This document shows, piece by piece, positions 59,603 through 64,000 of a DNA stretch of 64,000 nt. This stretch comes from an uncultured Dehalococcoidia bacterium. Lineage in GTDB: Bacteria; Chloroflexota; Dehalococcoidia; Dehalococcoidales; Fen-1064. The translations under genes and the position numbers were made by a program. The stretch lies in assembly GCA_903916765.1 (NCBI GenBank), contig CAIWXV010000138.1:14453-78452 (forward strand). Direction: 5' to 3'. Within the stretch, counting starts at the first letter, position 1. Each line of letters opens with the position of its first letter. The notes under the pieces are model-generated. The model was not told the DNA's origin, ran no database searches, and saw only the letters and a program-made list of their open reading frames with translations.

Positions 59603-59611
59603 GGGGGGGGG
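59603..59611 (+). repeat. G9 homopolymeric tract
   Basis: Nine consecutive G between ATG 59601 and GTG 59618. The only long G/C run I saw in the window. Confidence 0.95.
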
Positions 59612-59617
59612 TGTGAA

Positions 59618-60064
59618 GTGAAAGCAGGCGAAGGAAAACAAGGGCGGGTATTTATCATCAGATTGGAAGACGGAGACGTGCTCCCTGACTGTATAAGCCG
59701 TTTTGCCGAAGAAAAAGGCGTCAAAAACGGTTTTGTCTTGCTGGTGGGAGGGATTAGTAGCGGACAGGTAGTCGTTGGTCCACGCTATACTGAGAAAATG
59801 CCTCCTGACCCGATGCTTCTACCCATCGACGGTGCTCATGAAGTTGCTGGTGTCGGAGTGATTGCTCCCGGTGAAGACGGTAAGCCGGTACTGCATATTC
59901 ATGCTGCTTTGGGTAGAGCAGGGAAAACTACCACTGGCTGTTTGCGCCCCGGCGTTACTACATGGCTCATCGGGGAAGCTATTTTGTATGAAATCACCGG
60001 TATCGATGCCAGACGTGTTACGGACAAAAAGAGCGGGTTCGCTTTACTGAAAGTGAACGGTTAA
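59618..60064 (+). CDS. PPC/DUF296-domain protein
   Basis: 148 aa. GRVFIIRLEDGDVLPDCISRFAEEKGV...HIHAALG is typical of the PPC (PD1-like) domain. Confidence 0.7.
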   Translation: MKAGEGKQGRVFIIRLEDGDVLPDCISRFAEEKGVKNGFVLLVGGISSGQVVVGPRYTEKMPPDPMLLPIDGAHEVAGVGVIAPGEDGKPVLHIHAALGRAGKTTTGCLRPGVTTWLIGEAILYEITGIDARRVTDKKSGFALLKVNG

Positions 60065-60087
60065 AAAATTTTATCAGGAGGTTTATT

Positions 60088-60669
60088 ATGGCTAAGGTTC
60101 AAATCAATCCCCAGCCTTTAATTTGTACGACACCGGCGGTGCTGGTCGGTTCGATGGTAGAAGGTAAGCCGAACTTTATGACAGTTGCCTGGTGCGGCGT
60201 GGCGAATAGTGTTCCACCGATGGTTTCGGTAGCTATCCGACCTGTGCGTCATACTTTGAAGGGTATCAAAGCATCAAGAGAGTTTTCTATCAATATCCCG
60301 TCAGTCGACCTTGTCAAGGAAGTCGATTACTGTGGCATTGTTTCGGGAGCAAAGGCAGATAAGACGAGTGTCTGCAAATTCAAAATCTTCTATGGTAATC
60401 TCAAAAATGCGCCGCTCATCGAGCAGTGTCCGGTCAATCTGGCATGCAAGGTAGAGCATATTCTGGAACTGGAGAGTCACCTGCTAATTGTCGGTCGGGT
60501 AGAAGAGACGCACGTTACCAAAACCTGCCTCACCGATGATAAACCGGATATCAGGAAAATCAAGCCTCTTATCTATGCTGCAACTGCACCGACAGAATAT
60601 TTCTCTTTTGGCGATTCGGTGGCCAAAGCCTTTTCAATCGGCAAAGAGTTAGTCGAGGGAAAATCGTAG
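60088..60669 (+). CDS. Flavin reductase-like FMN-binding split-barrel protein
   Basis: 193 aa. FMTVAWCGVAN...PMVSVAIRP and ESHLLIVGRVEE. Confidence 0.75.
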   Translation: MAKVQINPQPLICTTPAVLVGSMVEGKPNFMTVAWCGVANSVPPMVSVAIRPVRHTLKGIKASREFSINIPSVDLVKEVDYCGIVSGAKADKTSVCKFKIFYGNLKNAPLIEQCPVNLACKVEHILELESHLLIVGRVEETHVTKTCLTDDKPDIRKIKPLIYAATAPTEYFSFGDSVAKAFSIGKELVEGKS

Positions 60670-60673
60670 AGTC

Positions 60674-62104
60674 TTACTCCAGATAATCTTTTAATTTGCG
60701 GCTTCTGCTCGGATGGCGCAATTTGCGGAGTGCCTTGGCTTCAATCTGGCGGATGCGTTCGCGGGTAACGTTAAATTCCTGTCCAACCTCTTCAAGAGTG
60801 CGGCTTCTCCCATCCTCCAACCCGAATCTGAGTTGTAATACCCTCTGTTCGCGGTGTGTTAAGCTGGAAAGCACTTCGTCGATTTGCTCTTTCAGTAACT
60901 GTTTGGAGGCAGCATCCACCGGCGGTAGGGCATTACGGTCCTCGATGAAATCGCCGAGATGGCTATCTTCTTCCTCACCCATTGGGAGTTCCAATGAAAT
61001 AGGTAATTGAGCAACTTTAATAATTTCCCGTACCTTATCGGGTGACATCCCCATCTTTTGTCCGATTTCCTTAGAGGTGGGATCGCGTCCGTATTCCTGA
61101 GATAATTTACGGCTCAGTCGCAAAAGTTTGTTGATGGTTTCAATCATATGCACCGGCACACGAATAGTGCGTGCCTGATCGGCAATAGCACGGGTGATTG
61201 CCTGTCTTATCCACCACGTAGCGTAGGTGCTGAATTTATAACCTTTATGCGGGTCGAATTTTTCCACCGCTCGTATCAGGCCGATGTTCCCTTCCTGAAT
61301 CAGATCGAGTAGCGACATGCCGTGTCCGATATGTTTTTTGGCGACACTCACCACCAGACGCAGGTTGGCTTCAGTCAGATGGTCCTTGGCGATTTCCGCT
61401 GCCTGTTCGATTTTATCCAGATGCTCGCGAAGTTCGCCTTCTTTTGTTTGTAAACGTTCTACAAAATCAGGTTTATCTACCAGTTTGGCAATATCCGCAA
61501 CGGAAGCCTTTTTCCCGATGACATCCAGCATTTGCGATGGCAATAAGGCGCTGTTTACCGAAAGGCTCATCAATTGTTGTTCTATTTGAGGTCCTTCCAA
61601 TCCCGTTTTCTGTGAAATCTCCAATACCAATTGCTGGTCCATCACGCCATCGATACCGGCACGCAATTTTTCATTAGAAACGACATCCCTGAATTTCGCC
61701 TTTGGTGGTAGTTCGAGGTATGACTGTACATTACCGATGATTTCAGCGGATTTTCCTACCTGTCTGAGCATTGTCAGAAGAATCTCTGCGGCCGAAGGAT
61801 GTTTGCCCTGTTTCTCCAGTTCGCGTCTGATTTCGTGGATTCGTTTGCCTTCTTCGATTCTTCTTGCCAGGGTTTTCTCATCGTGAGCAGTGAGCAGCGG
61901 CACCCGCCCGATTTCGTGAAGATAAAGACGTACCGGGTCGTCGCCTACTTCCTGCTCTTCGAGCGCTTCGACCGGCGATTCTATTTCTAATTCCTCAGCG
62001 GTAGGTTCTTCTAACTCAACCTCGTCCTCTGTAGGCTCTTCATTAGCTTCTTCTTTTGGTTCCGCTTCAAAATCTTGCGGATTAGGCGTTTCTTCGATTT
62101 CCAT
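60674..62104 (-). CDS. rpoD: RNA polymerase primary sigma factor
   Basis: Acidic region 1.1, [14 protein letters not shown] (region 2.3/2.4) and [30 protein letters not shown] (region 4.2). Confidence 0.95.
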   Translation of the reverse strand: MEIEETPNPQDFEAEPKEEANEEPTEDEVELEEPTAEELEIESPVEALEEQEVGDDPVRLYLHEIGRVPLLTAHDEKTLARRIEEGKRIHEIRRELEKQGKHPSAAEILLTMLRQVGKSAEIIGNVQSYLELPPKAKFRDVVSNEKLRAGIDGVMDQQLVLEISQKTGLEGPQIEQQLMSLSVNSALLPSQMLDVIGKKASVADIAKLVDKPDFVERLQTKEGELREHLDKIEQAAEIAKDHLTEANLRLVVSVAKKHIGHGMSLLDLIQEGNIGLIRAVEKFDPHKGYKFSTYATWWIRQAITRAIADQARTIRVPVHMIETINKLLRLSRKLSQEYGRDPTSKEIGQKMGMSPDKVREIIKVAQLPISLELPMGEEEDSHLGDFIEDRNALPPVDAASKQLLKEQIDEVLSSLTHREQRVLQLRFGLEDGRSRTLEEVGQEFNVTRERIRQIEAKALRKLRHPSRSRKLKDYLE

Positions 62105-63872
62105 TTTCCGTTCTCCTTTTGGTTTGCCCCAATTCCACGGAAACCGCCTGCAATTGATTATTGAGTTCTATTCCCTCTTGCTTTAACCTCTCGATATCGG
62201 CGCCCTTGCCTTCTGATTGGCGGACAATATTAAATATTTCTTCTCTAATCACCTGTTGGCTTTGCAAAAAGTCCCTTCTCAATCGAAGGACATAGTCATG
62301 ATATCGGTCGGTAGTACGGTTTTGATGCTGTTGCCGGGCTAGTAGTTCGCCCAGTTTTTCTCGGAATGCGGGGTCTAATTTCTCCTTTAATGATATTAAA
62401 TCGTCTGTCTCTAACCATGCCTTGTATATTTCGCGGTTTTCAGTATTCTGAAAATAATCAGGCAATAAACCCTCGTCCTGGTTTTTCAGCTCCGGATATT
62501 GTAATAATAAAGCGAGGCAATACTCCTCACGGGAATTGGATACCATTGTTTGTAATAATGCTGGAGCAGCAGGCTCGGCGCCTCGTTTTTGAGGCTTCGG
62601 TTTGAGGTATACTTTGAGCGCACTCTCTAAAGTAGTATAACTGATTCCTGTCAGTTTGGATAGCTTCGTTAGATAGTGGTCGCGACGTATGCTATCACTT
62701 GCTTTGGCAATGATAGACAGCAGATTGTTAGCCACTTGCGATTTGGCACTGGCAGTACTGATATCCTGCCGGGATACAGTCATATCGATGGTGTAGTCGA
62801 TTACCGGCACAGCTTTTTCCACTGAACTCTGCCAGGTATTCGGATTGTCTTTAATAACCTCGTCAGGGTCTTTACCCGCCGGTAGAATCATAATTTTTAC
62901 TTCCGTGTTTAGGCTATTTTCATATTCTACACAGCGCAGCATCGCTTCTTCTCCAGCAGCATCAGGGTCAAGCGCCAGGGCGATATTTTTGGTCAATTTT
63001 TTCAGGATATTGACGTGCTTTTCGGTGATGGCGGTTCCCATTGATGCGACTACATTGCTGAATCCATACTGATGAGCGACAATCACATCCATATAGCCTT
63101 CGACAATCACGGCTAAGTCCTGACGCCGGATAATCTGGCTAGCCATATCGATACCGTAAATTGTGCCGCTCTTATCAAAAACTGCTGTCTGCGGTGAATT
63201 CATATATTTAGGAAGAGAATCATCGAGCACTCTGCCGGAAAAACCAGCGGTGCGCCCTTTGGCATCGCGAATAGGGAACATCAGACGATTGCGGAAACGG
63301 TCGTAGGTTTTGCCTTCATCTGTTTTCAGTATCAGTCCTGCCGCCAGCATTTCTGTTTCGCTATAGCCTTTCTCCAGCAGGTATAGTTTCAGTGTTTCCC
63401 ATGCGTTCGGACTGAAACCAAGCTGGAAATCGGTAATCGACTTTAGACTTAATCCCCGGCTGATAAAGTAACTTTTCGCTTTCTCGCCGGCGGGAGAATT
63501 GAGCAGGAGGTTATGATAATACTGAGCCGCTGCTTCATTCGCTTGAAATAGCTTGTCTTTTTCATCTTTGTCGGGTCCCTTTTCGATTTCGGAAGGCAGA
63601 CGGACACCTACTCTATCTGCCAGGAGACGTAAAGCTTCGCCGAAATCCAATCCTTCCTTCTTCATCACAAAGGAAAAAACATCCCCTCCGGTGCTACAAG
63701 CACCGAAACAGTGCCAGGACTGCCGTTCGGGAAAGACGAAGAAAGAAGGCGTTTTTTCGTTGTGAAATGGGCACATTGCCTTGAAATTACGTCCGGCTTT
63801 AGTCAGTTTGGTATATTGCCCGATAACTTCAACGATATCTAATTTTTGTTTTACTTCGTCTATTGTACTCAT
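62082..63872 (-). CDS. dnaG: DNA primase
   Basis: Zinc finger [11 protein letters not shown]...WHCFGAC and [16 protein letters not shown]. Its 3' end overlaps the rpoD start by 23 nt. Confidence 0.95.
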   Translation of the reverse strand: MSTIDEVKQKLDIVEVIGQYTKLTKAGRNFKAMCPFHNEKTPSFFVFPERQSWHCFGACSTGGDVFSFVMKKEGLDFGEALRLLADRVGVRLPSEIEKGPDKDEKDKLFQANEAAAQYYHNLLLNSPAGEKAKSYFISRGLSLKSITDFQLGFSPNAWETLKLYLLEKGYSETEMLAAGLILKTDEGKTYDRFRNRLMFPIRDAKGRTAGFSGRVLDDSLPKYMNSPQTAVFDKSGTIYGIDMASQIIRRQDLAVIVEGYMDVIVAHQYGFSNVVASMGTAITEKHVNILKKLTKNIALALDPDAAGEEAMLRCVEYENSLNTEVKIMILPAGKDPDEVIKDNPNTWQSSVEKAVPVIDYTIDMTVSRQDISTASAKSQVANNLLSIIAKASDSIRRDHYLTKLSKLTGISYTTLESALKVYLKPKPQKRGAEPAAPALLQTMVSNSREEYCLALLLQYPELKNQDEGLLPDYFQNTENREIYKAWLETDDLISLKEKLDPAFREKLGELLARQQHQNRTTDRYHDYVLRLRRDFLQSQQVIREEIFNIVRQSEGKGADIERLKQEGIELNNQLQAVSVELGQTKRRTENGNRRNA

Positions 63873-64000
63873 AGGAACAAACAGCTTGCCATTGTAATTT
63901 TATTCAGGAAAAGTAAAGGGCTTCAATTGACTATATTATTATGGCTTGCTTTTACGGGTAAGTAAATATAGTTCCCCGGCTATTTTTTGAGCGTACTGGT

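Noticed and set aside
59601-59621. Six-codon mini-ORF ATG GGG GGG GGT GTG AAG TGA as a leader peptide
   Set aside because: It has no SD of its own and is simply the out-of-frame reading of the G9 tract. It is treated under the homopolymer finding.
1-64000. Whole-window scan for rRNA, CRISPR repeats, reverse transcriptase/retron/DGR, transposases, toxin-antitoxin pairs and known defence operons
   Set aside because: None was recognisable by eye. The only mobile-element signature is the tRNA-Arg integrase element.

Overview
64-kb chromosomal window from a bacterium with moderate-to-low G+C. Gene content (split class-I fumarase, stand-alone pyruvate-kinase-C-like protein, NurA, RNase Y/YmdB, SecDF fusion) suggests an anaerobic Chloroflexota, Dehalococcoidia-like genome; this is an unverified guess, since no search was possible. 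Layout: 1-8.7 kb, distal spc/alpha ribosomal operons (rpsE to rpsI, with secY, adk, map, infA, rpmJ, rpoA, truA). 8.8-9.5 kb, a frameshifted endonuclease-III-related gene. 9.6-13.7 kb, a five-gene acyl-CoA cluster. 13.8-20.8 kb, a minus-strand block DUF212-plsY-PHP-ymdB-rny-recX-recA-nadE. 20.9-31 kb, mixed housekeeping (amidohydrolase, dnaE, radC, ogt, J-protein). 31-37.4 kb, an HDAC-family enzyme and two divergent ABC-2 exporters. 37.4-43.7 kb, fumarase alpha/beta, HIT, a frameshifted Nudix gene, GNAT, nadK and the CCA enzyme. 43.7-46.4 kb, SecDF with an unusual repeat insertion. 46.5-49.5 kb, CDF, LysE and an orphan NurA. 49.66-51.78 kb, a ~2-kb visibly GC-richer tyrosine-integrase element bounded by a 39-nt direct repeat of the 5' half of tRNA-Arg(CCT). 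51.8-56.8 kb, AKR/Fe-S, CopA, YHS, TrxR and Grx. 56.9-64 kb, an orphan SbcC/Rad50-like ATPase, PPC/DUF296, flavin reductase, rpoD and dnaG. I found no rRNA, CRISPR array, reverse transcriptase, transposase or recognisable multi-gene defence operon. Most notable observations: (1) a ~135-aa Gly/Thr/Ala tandem-repeat module inserted in the periplasmic head of SecD; (2) the minimal integrase element, which duplicates the 5' rather than the 3' half of its tRNA target and carries a T-poor AC-rich arm; (3) three homopolymer-linked anomalies (two single-base frameshifts and a G9 tract between an ATG and a GTG-started ORF), which are either assembly errors or phase-variable/decaying loci; (4) NurA without HerA and SbcC without SbcD; (5) several families of REP-like hairpins. 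Start codons were refined by eye from SD spacing and N-terminal conservation and are less certain than the gene calls.
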